Positions 12,728 to 28,669 of a DNA stretch of 64,000 bases are shown here, piece after piece; positions within the stretch are counted from its first letter, which is position 1; every line of letters starts with the position of its first letter. The translations under genes and the position numbers were made by a program. The notes beneath the pieces were generated by a model. That model was not told the DNA's origin. It did no database searches and saw only the letters and a program-made list of their open reading frames with translations. The DNA comes from Adineta vaga (lineage: Eukaryota; Animalia; Rotifera). The stretch is from the NCBI GenBank assembly GCA_021613535.1, contig CP075494.1:11532001-11596000 (forward strand), given 5' to 3'.

Positions 12728-13194
12728 AAACTTTCTCTTCTTCTTCTTCTTCTTCTTCTTTTTTTTTCGCCTTTCTTTTTTTTAATCGAGTGGTTTTTTT
12801 TCTTCAAAAGAAAACTAAAATATAAATTCAAGAGAAAATAACAATAAAATCAACATTGACGATTGTTCTCAATACAAATGAGAAAGAAAAAGAATCATCT
12901 GCTATCGTTTACCGACAAAAAACGAAAGAACAAAAATAATACAAGATTGCGCTACTCACAGTTGAGTCATTCGAATGTATTATCGTACATAGTCAACGAT
13001 TAGTCAGTAAATATAAATCATTAGAACACGATTTTCGTTCTTCTGCTCTTCGTCTTTTTTTTCTCGTTCGTCTTTTTACATCAAACCATCTGCCTCTTGT
13101 AACTACTACTCATATAGACGAAATAGTCACTCCCATTCATCATTTTACATATTCACTCGCGCATATATACACACACACATCTATATACGAAGCG

Positions 13195-13620
13195 ATGGAA
13201 TGGTATACAATTCTTGGTATTCTGTTAATCATTGTATTAGTTGTTATTTTGAGTATTCTTTTGGCATGTGCATTATCGGGGCAACGTTGTACAGTGTCAA
13301 TACAACAGCGGCAACCAAATCATGAGTTAACAAAAATTCAACAAGAACAAGAACGAAAACGTCAAAAAAAATTAAGTTCACGATTGAAACGAACTTTTAG
13401 TCCGTCATCGAAACAAGAACGACCTTTAGAACCTGTTGAAGATATTAAAACGGTTGAATTTAGTTTAAAATTAGGAGATCGATCTGATCAAACTGAGGAT
13501 GTTATTACACCAATTATTGATTCAACTAAAGTAGTTTTACTTAAAGATCGTTTAACTCAAGCTGAATTGAATGAACGACAAAGAAAACGAGATGAAATTA
13601 GAAAGAAATATAATCTTTGA
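13195..13620 (+). CDS. Small single-pass membrane protein with PTTG1IP-like C-terminal motif
   Basis: Intronless 141-aa ORF: N-terminal TM helix, basic juxtamembrane segment, C-terminus RQRKRDEIRKKYNL. Confidence 0.75.
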   Translation: MEWYTILGILLIIVLVVILSILLACALSGQRCTVSIQQRQPNHELTKIQQEQERKRQKKLSSRLKRTFSPSSKQERPLEPVEDIKTVEFSLKLGDRSDQTEDVITPIIDSTKVVLLKDRLTQAELNERQRKRDEIRKKYNL

Positions 13621-14899
13621 AATCAATGATAAACATCAGATGTCTTTTTTGTATATTTTATTAATCGAACAAAATTCAAGACGATTTTATTCATCAAACA
13701 TTATTTTTTATTTGCTTGTTTTTCTTAGAACTAATCTTTATTGCTTGTTTTTTTTTTCTCGATAAATAAATTGATCTAATGCTAAAAGAGTACGAAATAC
13801 GAAACAGTATACAGTTACTTATCTTGATAGATCGCGTTAGTAGTCATATGATATTCTTATACACTTACGTCAGAATTATACTCATTTTATTTCATGTAAG
13901 AAGGTTTGAGATTATCTGCTATTAAAAGAGTCAATATTTATGTCAAGTATAACTATGATAAACTCTAATGCTACAGAAAAAAACTGTTTTGGTTTAACGC
14001 TAATAAGTGGATGATGTGAATGAGTATCCAATGAAATTGTTCAATAAATGAAAAAATCATTAAAGTTTGTCTCTTATGGTCATCTCTGACATAACCTCGA
14101 ACAATTCATACTGTTCAATAATCTGAATTAGCTACTCAAATTCATGGTATATTAACCAAATGATAGATTTACTGGACCATTGCTGAAAATTAGTTGAGTA
14201 TTAGAAATAAAACATATTTCAATAATAACCGTCTAAAAAGCATTAGATCGGCAAAGAGACAACATCAAGGATTTCTTTGTATTCATTTAGAAGAAAATCA
14301 TAAATGTTTGTAATTCAATTTTTTCCAATTTAATTATTCGTTGTCGTTGAGTGTTACCTAAAATATTTCAACATATGTCTTCTCTTCTGCATCTGAGATT
14401 GTATCAAAATACTCGAACTTGAGAATAAAATGATTCTGATCATATTTTAGTCTAATATAGAAATCGAAACATATCTACTCATTTCAAACACAACAGGGTG
14501 TCTCTGTCAATATACAGTTGTTGTTGTGCATACCGTTGCAAGTGAAAGTTGTAGTGAGTGATTAGTGTTCAAGTGGGCATGAAACATAATGGTTACTCTT
14601 CGCTTTACATCATCTTATGCTTCCTTTTTTTTCTTTTCAGTTAAAGTAATTGCTCACATATATACAAGACATCGTTTTCACTGATTGGATGGAAAATCAA
14701 AATACGAAAGATGATGAGAGTAGCAGAGAAAAAAAAGTCACCAATCAGAAGTCGATGAATATTTTCTTTTGCTCTCTCTTTTCTCTCTTAAAAAGAAAAA
14801 ATGTCTATATAGAGTAACAAAATGATACAGGTGTAAGGCAAACATACACAATTCTATCGATTAGAGTATCAGCAGAAAACTTCTCTTTGAGATACTATA

Positions 14900-16267
<1,368 letters not shown>

Positions 16268-18184
16268 AGATTTTTGTTTTACTTTTTCCTTTTATTTCTG
16301 TATATGTATTTAATAAGAAAATAAATATTTTTTTTGCGTGTTTAGTAATTGAAATCATTTTGTGAACACGCGATTGATGAGACAAATGTTTAGATTTCAT
16401 TTCTGTTAAGAAGGAAACAGAATGGATGAAATGACTTCGATATTAAATGTATATGTTTTTTCTTCTAATTGTCAAATCTGTTAAAAGAAGCCCGCCGGGA
16501 ACAAGTACATCCGTTTATTTTGTGGAACAAAAGTACTATGTAGAATGGAAAAAAAGACATAAGACAAAGATGACAGGATGTACGAAGCACGATTTACATA
16601 TGTAGTAATCCATTGATTGTATTTTATTCCGAAAGATGAATTTAATGTATTTCTATTCTCTTAAAAAGATTATTTATCGGAAGAAAGATCGAAGAAAAAG
16701 AAGCTGTTAACCACTTGTCGCTTCGTTCGGAATCCTGCAGTGTATACAAGACAATCACCATCATAATCATCAGCAACAGTTTTTTTTTCTCTTGTTCTTT
16801 ACTGTCGCCGGTCAAGAGTACTCAAAATCGATAAGAGAAAAAGAAATCAGTTCCATATTGTATATTCATCCGACATTCTTTTCTTTTCTTTTCAAACATA
16901 TTTTTTAATAGGATCTTTTGCTTTGCCTCATCACCACTTGACAACACTCAAACTATCGAGAATATCACCATGTATCAAAGTTTAATCATTAGCCAAACGA
17001 CTACACAAATTGGCTCCCTTGTGACATTCTTTTTTCGTCATCAACAATATCTTCTGTTTCATTGGTGGAAGAATGTCACAGTACAAACTCGATTAGTTCC
17101 AATAATATGTTAACTCAATTTAACCTTCATTGATGTTTAGACATCGAATAACATTTATATATTTTGCAATATCGAGAGTTTGTACATTGTAATTTATTCT
17201 CAAACAAAAAAACATTACAATTGCAAAGCCATGACAACATGAGAAGAAATCTCTACAGAAACTTTCTAGCGCTTTCATACACCGTTGAACTTTCTTTATT
17301 TTTTCTGCAAGCTTTTTCCTTTGATTGATGTCGACCTCTAACAAACGTTTCTTTGACGATGATCTTTATCGATCACATTTCATTCCTTCGACAACATCTA
17401 TTAAAAAACGACTTTGTAGTTCATTAGTACCAACTGTGCCTCAAGGTGGAACAAATTCTATTAACAAATCTAGTCTTGATCATTCAAGTTCATCAGATAC
17501 TAATTTAATTTCAAATAATTTACTCTCCTATCCAAAAGAAATAACATTTGAATGATGATTACATCAACCACAACAATAACAGTTATTTCAATGTGCGCAA
17601 AAAAGAACAAATACAAATCATTTTCATTTTGTTTTCTGTTCATATATATATATATTTATTAATTTTCTTATGAATACTAACAAGAAAACCAATTTGACTA
17701 TTAATATTCACGCAGATGATCAATTTCGTTCATCGAATAATAATAGTCACAATATTCGAATCGAAACTAATTCAATTCAAATACTCTATCCCGAAGAGTG
17801 CGATGTAAAACATCTGCCAACCGTACCTGTTTGTCACAAACAAGACATTCCAAACGATAATATTGACAGAAAAATACCTGCCAACCTTGAATAACGAAAA
17901 AATTTATTAAATAATTATATTTTTACTCGTTTTGTTTTTGAATTGAATACAAAATGAAATAATTGCTTCAGTAACATTTAAGAATATTTTACTTTTCAAG
18001 AGTTTCTTTCTTTTCTCTTCATATTTTTTCTTCGCTTTAACTGATTTTTGTTTTCAATGGTATTTTCGTTTTTGTTGTCGTTCGTAACAACACAAACATT
18101 ACGAACAAAAGTATATTATTTAACAAAAATTAATCTGAGAAGAACTACCAATACGTATCTGCACAAAAATACGGTACAGATATA

Positions 18185-19350
18185 ATGAATCAAGTTCAGA
18201 TTAGACAAGTACCAATAACACCTTCGACAAGTCCTGAACGAACTCCAGGCGCATGGGTAAACAAAGAAAACAAATAAGGAACATTGATTTGTTGAAATTG
18301 TTTTCTTCTTGATAGTTTCCAACTGGTTATTATGGACATTTTAGAGCTAAACCACGAATTGATTTATCTAATTCATTTCGACAATTGGCTCGTCCTAATC
18401 CGCCTAAAATATTTATTGAACGACAAACTGTAAAAAGAGCTTTTTCTAGTATATATTCTTCTAGTGCAAATTTTTTCTCGCTAATCTTTAGTCTGCAGCA
18501 ACAACACACAAGTTTTCTGATCATGATAATCGTCATAAATATGAAGCTGATCCACTTATCCGAGGTGCTCAAACAGTAAGATCAGCGATATGATCTATCT
18601 TAGAAATGTTTCTTTCATTTCTATCATTGCTAGGGTATTGGTAGACGAAGATCAAAATCAAGAGCATCCGGTGTATTCGATCCTTTTTTAATTGGTTGGC
18701 TTCCAAAAGATGCTGATCGTAAAACGTATGTTGATGAAATTAAAATCAGTTCTTATGCTAACGATTACAGTCATGATTCTATACCATCATCATTAACAAC
18801 AACATTTGATGTATCATCAATGAATCCAACACTTTCGAAATCATTACCGGATATTCAACAAACAAAACCATCATCTTCAAAGGAATGTAGTATATATCAA
18901 GCTGGCTTTAGTCATGGTCAACCGGATGCAGAACATTCGAAAAAAATTCGTGAAGAAACATTTCAACGATATGCTGGTACTGCAATACGTCGTGCACAAA
19001 TCAGACAGATTGATCGAAGTACAAATGTAGCAACATGTCTTGCATGGAATAGTGCAGATAGTGATGTTTCTACAACAACAAAAACGAATGATAAACCGAT
19101 GAATGTTGATGTACACATTCCAAGCCAAACTCGTATTAATTCGTCAATTGAAATCAATCATCATCATCAATCAAATCCTTATCATAGTGAATCAATGCCA
19201 ACATTTAAAAATATTGAACGACCAACTTTTGATATAACTCCATTACGAGAATATTACAATGTGAAAGTAGTACCACCACTGCGACGAGCAACTTCATTTA
19301 TACAACCACATACAAATGCTATGGAAAGTCTTATCACGAAATATATGTAA
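18185..19350 (+). CDS. HDNR-motif protein, C3orf84/TEX36-like (probable ciliary microtubule inner protein)
   Basis: 4 exons give GAWFPTGYYGHFRAK...LARPNPPKIFIERQ...HKFSDHDNRH...QTGIGRRR...SSYANDY, matching the remembered C3orf84 N-terminal pattern. Confidence 0.75.
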
Positions 19351-19778
19351 ACGAATCATTTTCTTATTCTTTTAAATAAACGAAATCTAATGAATATTTG
19401 AAATTCAATCAAACTTTTGTCTTTGTTTCACTAACTTAATTGCTCTCATCCTGTTCTTTGATAAATATCCATCGGCGACCCCTATGTTTTCATTTTCTAA
19501 TTTGCTGAGCAATGCTTTAGTCTATATGACTCATTTAATCATTAGGCCGATCCGTCCGTCGGTCGACCAACCGACCACAACCATTGTGTGTATATCTTTA
19601 CACGTAATTTATTTGTTTATTTCATGGATTTTTGAATAATCTATTTAAAAAAATAATAATTTCATCGAATTTCTAGATTGATACATTAAAAATTGATTCG
19701 TTCGTAAAAAATTGATTCATTTTGTTGTCTATGTTTCATTTCTTCTCATTGACAATAAGCTTCAAAAGATAAATCTAG

Positions 19779-22700
19779 ATGGGTGATAGGAGAAAATTAC
19801 AGGGTAACGTCGTCTTTCTTCTTGTTTAATCATATTTTAATAAACATCTACGTTCTTCATAGGTGAAATCGACCGTTGTTTAAAAAAAGTTACAGAAGGT
19901 GTTGAAACATTTGATGATATTTGGCAAAAAGTAATTCAAAAATCGATTTTGTTTTTTCAATGTATTTTATTTTATTTTTTAGGTACATTCAGCACCAAAT
20001 CATAATCAAAAAGATAAATATGAACAAGAATTAAAGAAGGAAATTAAAAAATTACAACGTTTAAGAGATCAAATCAAAGCATGGATATCATCAACAGAAA
20101 TCAAAGACAAAAAACAATTACAAGAAGCACGAAAAAATATCGAATTGGTTTGTGAACTTCAAAGAGAATTTATTCGGTTTTATTGTCAAAATCTATTTTT
20201 CCTCTTCTTCTTATTTGTAGCAAATGGAAAGATTCAAAATTGTAGAAAGAGAAACAAAAACAAAAGCATATAGTAAAGAAGGTTTAGGAGCTGGACAAAA
20301 GCTTGATCCACAAGAAAAAGAAAAAGAAGAATGTAATCAATGGATTGCGGTAAGAAACGAAGCTTTCTGCGATGAAACTTATATGTGATCTTTTTTAGGA
20401 AGCAATTCATGAATTGAATATTCAAATTGATAAATTCGAAGCTGATATTGAAACATTATCAGCATCACTTAAGAAGAAGAAATCGGATAAAGATGTAAGT
20501 ATTTATGATTGATAAATATAGAATTTTATACTGAATATTTCATTTCAGAAACAAGAACGTTTAGAAGAAACAAAACATTCAATAGAACGTCATAAATATC
20601 ATATTGAATCTCTAGAAAAAATTCTTCGTGCAATTAATAATGATGCATTAGATCCAAAAACTATTCAGAATTTACGACCTGATATTGAATATTATGTTGA
20701 ATCAAATCAAGATTCTGATTTTAAAGAAAATGATTTAATGTATGAAGAAATTGATATGGATGATTTAACAACATTAATGGCACCTGTTATTGTCGTACCA
20801 ACAACGCAATCTCATCCATCATCATTATCGAATGGCATTTGTAGTGGTTTGAATTCGAATGCAACATCAAATCATATTGATATTAGTTCATCAACAAATC
20901 ATTTGTAAGAATTTGTCATAAAGAAACAATTAATGTTTGATATTATTCTTTGTATTTAGATCGGATCGTGTAACAACAACAACAACAACCAATTCCAATC
21001 ATGGTGATAATGAATCTTTGATGGGTTTAACAACACCGTCATCAACTCAAGCAAGTTCGCCAAGTGCTAGTCCAGCATTATCATTAACAGATGATCGAAA
21101 ACGAAATAAATCCGAATCTGAAGATAATCCATTGCAACGCAATAGGTACTGAATAGATATTCGTTTATTTCTGTTCATTTAAATTATTTGTTTTAGAACA
21201 AATTCTGGTACAACTAATTCATCGGTAACATATGTATCATCACCCAAGCCTTCTTTACAATTACAACAACAATCACCTAGTCTATCATCAACAACAAAAT
21301 CAATCTTGCCTATAGTTTCCACACCAGCATCAACACTGTCAACAAGTGCACCACCACATTTCGGATATCCACCTACAACTACGACAACATCGGCATTACC
21401 TGTTCTGCAATATTCAGCAATTGTTTCACAAAATACTGTGCCATCAACTTCAACAACTACTATCAGCAGCAATACAATTACATCTAAACAACAACAACAT
21501 GTACTCTCACCACCAGCCAAACAACAACAACAACAACAACAATCCAGACAAATACTAAATGGGAATGGAACAATTTCGACTGGCAATGATTCAATAGTAA
21601 CCACATCACTAACTTTACCCATATCATCAGTTACAACAACAATTACTAATTCATCAAATATTTCTCATCCGCCTTCACTATTATCGACGACGAATGATCG
21701 ATCAGGTATTTATCAAATTGTTCTTTCTCTTTTTTTTTCTTTCTTTTATAAATTTTATTAATGGATTATGTGACTAATTATTTATTATCTATTTCTGAAG
21801 GAGTATTATCTCAACATATTCTAAATAATATATCATCTCAAATAAGTACATCATTGTCAACAACATCAGCAATTCCATCATCATTATATTCAAGTACAGG
21901 CTCAGGTTTATCGAATTCTAACATTCCTCTTGAATCATCTCCATTACCAGCAAATATCATCGATCCAGCAATTGTCTTACAACAGCCATCGATTTTATCA
22001 AGACCAACATCTGAGAATGATCGTTCAACTGTCATGAGTAATGGTTCTTCAGATACACATTCACTGTTAGATAGTACATTTTCAAATATGCCATCTTCAT
22101 CAACATCATCATTATTTCTCTCAAATAATAATTCAAATATCGGAGATATTCCAACAACAAATGGTGGTGTTATTGGTCAATTAGCAAATAGTATACCAAT
22201 TAATCCTGAACATCATTCGCAGCGTTTTGGATTATCGTCAACATCATCGAATATGGCTCAACAACAAACAATATCATCAGGTCGTGTGCCATTGACACAA
22301 GCAGAAGTGCGTATGCTCAATCGATTGAATTCAGCATATGTAAAATTACCATCTTTACTTGAATCGGAACGGCAAAGGTAATTCAGTGATATTTTCGAAG
22401 GACTTTTCTATTTTTTGTATCGTTTTTCTTTTTAGAACAAATGCAAATCGTATATATGGTCGTGGTTCACTTAGTCAATCACAAACTGTTCCATATTATC
22501 CTCAAACTCCACCATCGGGTAATGATACACCAGAGTTTTATTATCGATTAGCACCGGATACATTATTTTTTGTCTTCTATTATATGGAGGTATTTGAAAA
22601 AGCAAGATGTGGAACTATTTTTCTAAATTCTTTGATAACATTCTTTTTAGGGAACACGTGCGCAATATTTAGCTGCAAAAGCCTTGAAACGTCAATCATG

Positions 22701-22923
22701 GCGTTTTCATACAAAACATATGATGTGGTTTCAAAGACATGAAGAACCAAAAACAATAACAGATGATTATGAACAGGTAAGATAAATAATTAATTGAAAA
22801 CTGATTTTTTGATTCATATTTTTCTAGGGTACATATATATTTTTTGATTATGAACGATGGCAAACACGTAAACGTGACAATTTCATATTTGAATACAAGT
22901 TTTTGGAAGATCGAGAATTTTGA
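19779..22923 (+). CDS. CNOT3: CCR4-NOT complex subunit 3
   Basis: [31 protein letters not shown]; [15 protein letters not shown]; [14 protein letters not shown]; low-complexity S/T middle; NOT box [33 protein letters not shown]...[11 protein letters not shown]. Confidence 0.97.
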
Positions 22924-23501
22924 ATCTATACATATATACATATATGCTTATTGATTATAGAAAGAGAGATTAATGACACGAATTTATTCTACAGATCTGG
23001 TCATATTCATTTTCTTCATTGATGTTCTTACTCTCTTTCTTGTATACACTGACTTCGTTGTCATTATTTCTTTCTTTTTTGAATGTTGTTTGTTATATTC
23101 TCTGTCACCTTATTCGGTTGTTCTCTTCTTCTTCTTCTTCTTCTTCTTCTTTTTTTACGTGTATATCTATCGTGTGTGTGTGTGTGCGTGTGTTTTTTTT
23201 AACAAGCAACGTCCTTTTTTCGGTCTGTTGAATATGCGATGTTTAAAAGAAAAATCTTATATAAGAGAGAAACCAAATTTTGTTTTATCGAATGTTTTTC
23301 TCTTGCTCTCGATGTATGAAAAAATGGACGAGATAAAAAAAGCAATGAAAATCTTGGACTAAAGAAAAAATAGAATCAGATGCAACCATGCAAAATACGT
23401 AGGTGGATAGAAAGGAAAAATGTACATAAAGCATCGACAACGGTAGTGACGATGAGTATTTATATTATCTATCTATTCGTATAAGCAATCGAATAATAAG
23501 C

Positions 23502-25521
<2,020 letters not shown>

Positions 25522-26326
25522 CTTAATTTTGAAAAAAATAACAACGATGAACTAAATAAATTTCTATTCTATCAATTCTGTTTTTTCTCTTGTGCTAAAG
25601 AAAAGGAGAGATGTTTTTTTTTGTTGTTTGTTTTTTTCTTGGTGGCAATGATAAGCATACAACAAACATACACACACAAATATATAAAGGAAAAAAACAA
25701 ATAGCCATCCAGAACCCAACGAAAAACTTAATGAAATACACACAACAACAACCGTGTAGAGATAGAAGCACACACACGCGAAAAACCGTTTTTTTTCTTT
25801 TAGTTGTGAATAAATTAGGGAGTTTGATAAACGAGAGAAGAAAAAACAAAATAAAATGAATGAACTATGCGCAAATACACGGCAGATAATAAAAGCTGAT
25901 ACACACACGCACACACGTACAATCGCTTAATAAATAAATAGGGAAACAGACGGCAGCATAAAAAAGAAACACAGCATCAACTCACAAAAGAAAAAGAAAG
26001 AAAAAGTCGACAGATAATTCGAAAGCATAAACACACAGGGAATTCCATCTCCTTTAGTCTTTCGTCTCTGCTTTGTTTTTTACTAAACATATATCGAACA
26101 CATCTCTTGGAGAAATAAACACACAACACGAAAGTAAATAGGTTCGATTTCTTTTGTTTTTGTTTTTTCGGAGAGAAAGAAAACAAACAAGAATGAAAGA
26201 AAAAAAGAAACAAACAAACAAACGAGAAATAGACAGTTAAAACATATACTCACATAAACAGATCTTTTGGCAAAACGAGAAATAACACGATGATCTTACT
26301 GTTCTTTCAGAAAATTATTTGTCACA

Positions 26327-27583
26327 TTATGAATTACGACGTGGTTTTTTCAATTCGACTTTCAGTCGTTTAGGACCAACGCTAAATCCATCCATACTTG
26401 ATATCGCTAAATATAACAATAGAAAAATAGAGTTAAATGAAACTATTTCAATGAAAAAGTGAATTACCTTGTTGGGCTGATGAAGGATTATCGTATGAAA
26501 CAAAACCAAAACATTTTGATTGATTTGTTTTTTTATCAACAAATACCTAAGAAAATCGAAATAGATCGAATCTAATTGAATGATGATCGTAAAAACTAAA
26601 TCTACTTTTGCTGATAAAACTGTGCCAAATTGTGAAAATAAATTCATTAATGTTTGATCAGTTGTTTCTTGTGGTAAATGACATATGAATAAATTCGAAT
26701 TTTCAGGACCAATTTGTTGTTTACCACTTTTTGTTGTACGATAAGCTTGATTGGGTGAAAAACGCATTGCTGATAAATATGATGAATTATTTGAAAATGG
26801 TAAATAACCATCATTACGTTCATAACGATCATTGAATAGATTCGATGTTATTGGACCATTTTGTTGATATTGTGTTGGTGAATTCATATACAAATGATTT
26901 GTAAATGGTGATGATGGTTGATAATAGAATGATGATAATGTTTGTTGTTGATCATTTGTTTGAGGTAAAAATGAATTTTGATGTGTTGATGTCGTTGGTG
27001 GTTGTAATTGTAGATCATTAAAACGATTAACCATTTGATCTAAACTTAATTTTTGATTATCTAATGATTGACGAGAATCCAGTAAATTGGTATTTGTAAT
27101 AGGATTATTTAGTGAACGTCGATCAATATCATTGGGAAATAGTGTCGATGATGGTGATGGATCATATAATGATTCGTTAAAACATGACGATATAAGAGGT
27201 AATTGTTGGGAACAATATGGTGATGATGATGTATCGTTAAGAAATTGAAAACGTCCTGTTTGACTTATTGGATGATTAGTACCATTTAAAAGATTAGCTG
27301 GTGATGATGGTAATGGACTAAAATCATGATTTTGATGATGATTTAATTGTCTTGGATAAGGTAATTCATCACCACCAATATCATTACCAAATGGTTCCGA
27401 TGGCCATGAACGATGAGATGGTGAAAATAATGGTTCATTCCATTGATGATCCAATCCAGATTGATTTAATGTTGACCAAACAGGTGGTCGACTATGAAAT
27501 AGATTAAAACTATCAATTGGGTCATTAGCTCCAGTTGAATTGGTTGTATTACTACCACTACTTGTCACTGTCATTGCGGACAT
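26327..27583 (-). CDS. CELF/Bruno-like RNA-binding protein with only the C-terminal RRM3 and a long low-complexity N-terminus
   Basis: After removing two short introns: [15 protein letters not shown]...[56 protein letters not shown], which is CELF RRM3. About 290 aa of N/S/Q/P-rich sequence precede it. Confidence 0.88.
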   Translation of the reverse strand: MSAMTVTSSGSNTTNSTGANDPIDSFNLFHSRPPVWSTLNQSGLDHQWNEPLFSPSHRSWPSEPFGNDIGGDELPYPRQLNHHQNHDFSPLPSSPANLLNGTNHPISQTGRFQFLNDTSSSPYCSQQLPLISSCFNESLYDPSPSSTLFPNDIDRRSLNNPITNTNLLDSRQSLDNQKLSLDQMVNRFNDLQLQPPTTSTHQNSFLPQTNDQQQTLSSFYYQPSSPFTNHLYMNSPTQYQQNGPITSNLFNDRYERNDGYLPFSNNSSYLSAMRFSPNQAYRTTKSGKQQIGPENSNLFICHLPQETTDQTLMNLFSQFGTVLSAKVDLVFTIIIQLDSIYFDFLRYLLIKKQINQNVLVLFHTIILHQPNKVIHFFIEIVSFNSIFLLLYLAISSMDGFSVGPKRLKVELKKPRRNS

Positions 27584-28669
27584 GATGTTCCGACTTTTGT
27601 TCTAGTGAGAAGGTTGGCCAACTTACACCTTTACTCACTCAATATCTAAAATTAAAAAATTCAAATATATAGTATTTATTTCTATCTTTTATTTATCGAT
27701 GGTGACGATGAAGATGAAAATGGAATAAAAATCCAGGCATAGTCGTACGTATTATATAGATATTGATTTCGAAAATAAATGGTGTACAAGTCAAATAATA
27801 ATTTTCTGAAATATGTATTGAAATAAATAAAATTAAAAGCGGAAGAACATCAAGTAAAGAATCTTCACTATTTATATGGTCAGCTGTTCCCCTGGATTAC
27901 ACACATTATACATTGTCCTCCATTTTTTTCTCTCTATCTCTCTCGATATTTTCTAAAATCTACTATTTCGCTAACGTAGACGAGATGAGATTGCACTCGT
28001 TCGTAATAATTCGTTCATTTCAGTTTTCGTCCATAGTATATAAATGATAACGATAAAGAATAAATCAGGCGAGGTAGAAGAGTGAGGGAAATACACGTAT
28101 GTATACACAAAGAGAAGGAGACCTTGGTTTAGTCGATGTATTCGATTTCTTCTTCGTCACTCTCTCTCTCTCTCTCGTTCGGTTTTATTCACCCTCGTTT
28201 TGCATTTATACATTTAAATACGGGTACGATGCAACCTATCAGAATACAAAAAGAAAAAAGAATCGAACGTGCACACAACTTGGAAACCGTGGTTGAGCGC
28301 GGTAGTGTGCACATCGAAACAAACAAACATACTGAATGTGTTTATTTCTTGTTAGACAACGAACAGACAAATATTTTCAAAAGAAAGAAAAATGAGTTTT
28401 TTCATTATCTTTATTGAAATGAACTATTTTCAGAATTATTTTCGTAGTCAAAAAAGAGAATATTTTCTTTTATTTGTCGCCCGTCTGACTCGATTCTCAT
28501 TATTGGTTATCCATAATTTACCAATCATATCAGAGGAACAAAAGCGGAGGTGGGGCTGGCTGTTGTAATGTAATGTGATGATGATATTGGATTTGAGCCA
28601 AACATACACAACTCAAATGATTTCGTTTAGTTTTACATTTTTTTTATCTATCGTCACAAAATAAAAGAT

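Noticed and set aside
22973-23362. 129-aa hydrophobic ORF after CNOT3 and similar ORFs at 25564-26213 and 59691-59928
   Set aside because: U-rich 3' UTR sequence (TTC and TG repeats) giving spurious F/V/C-rich peptides.
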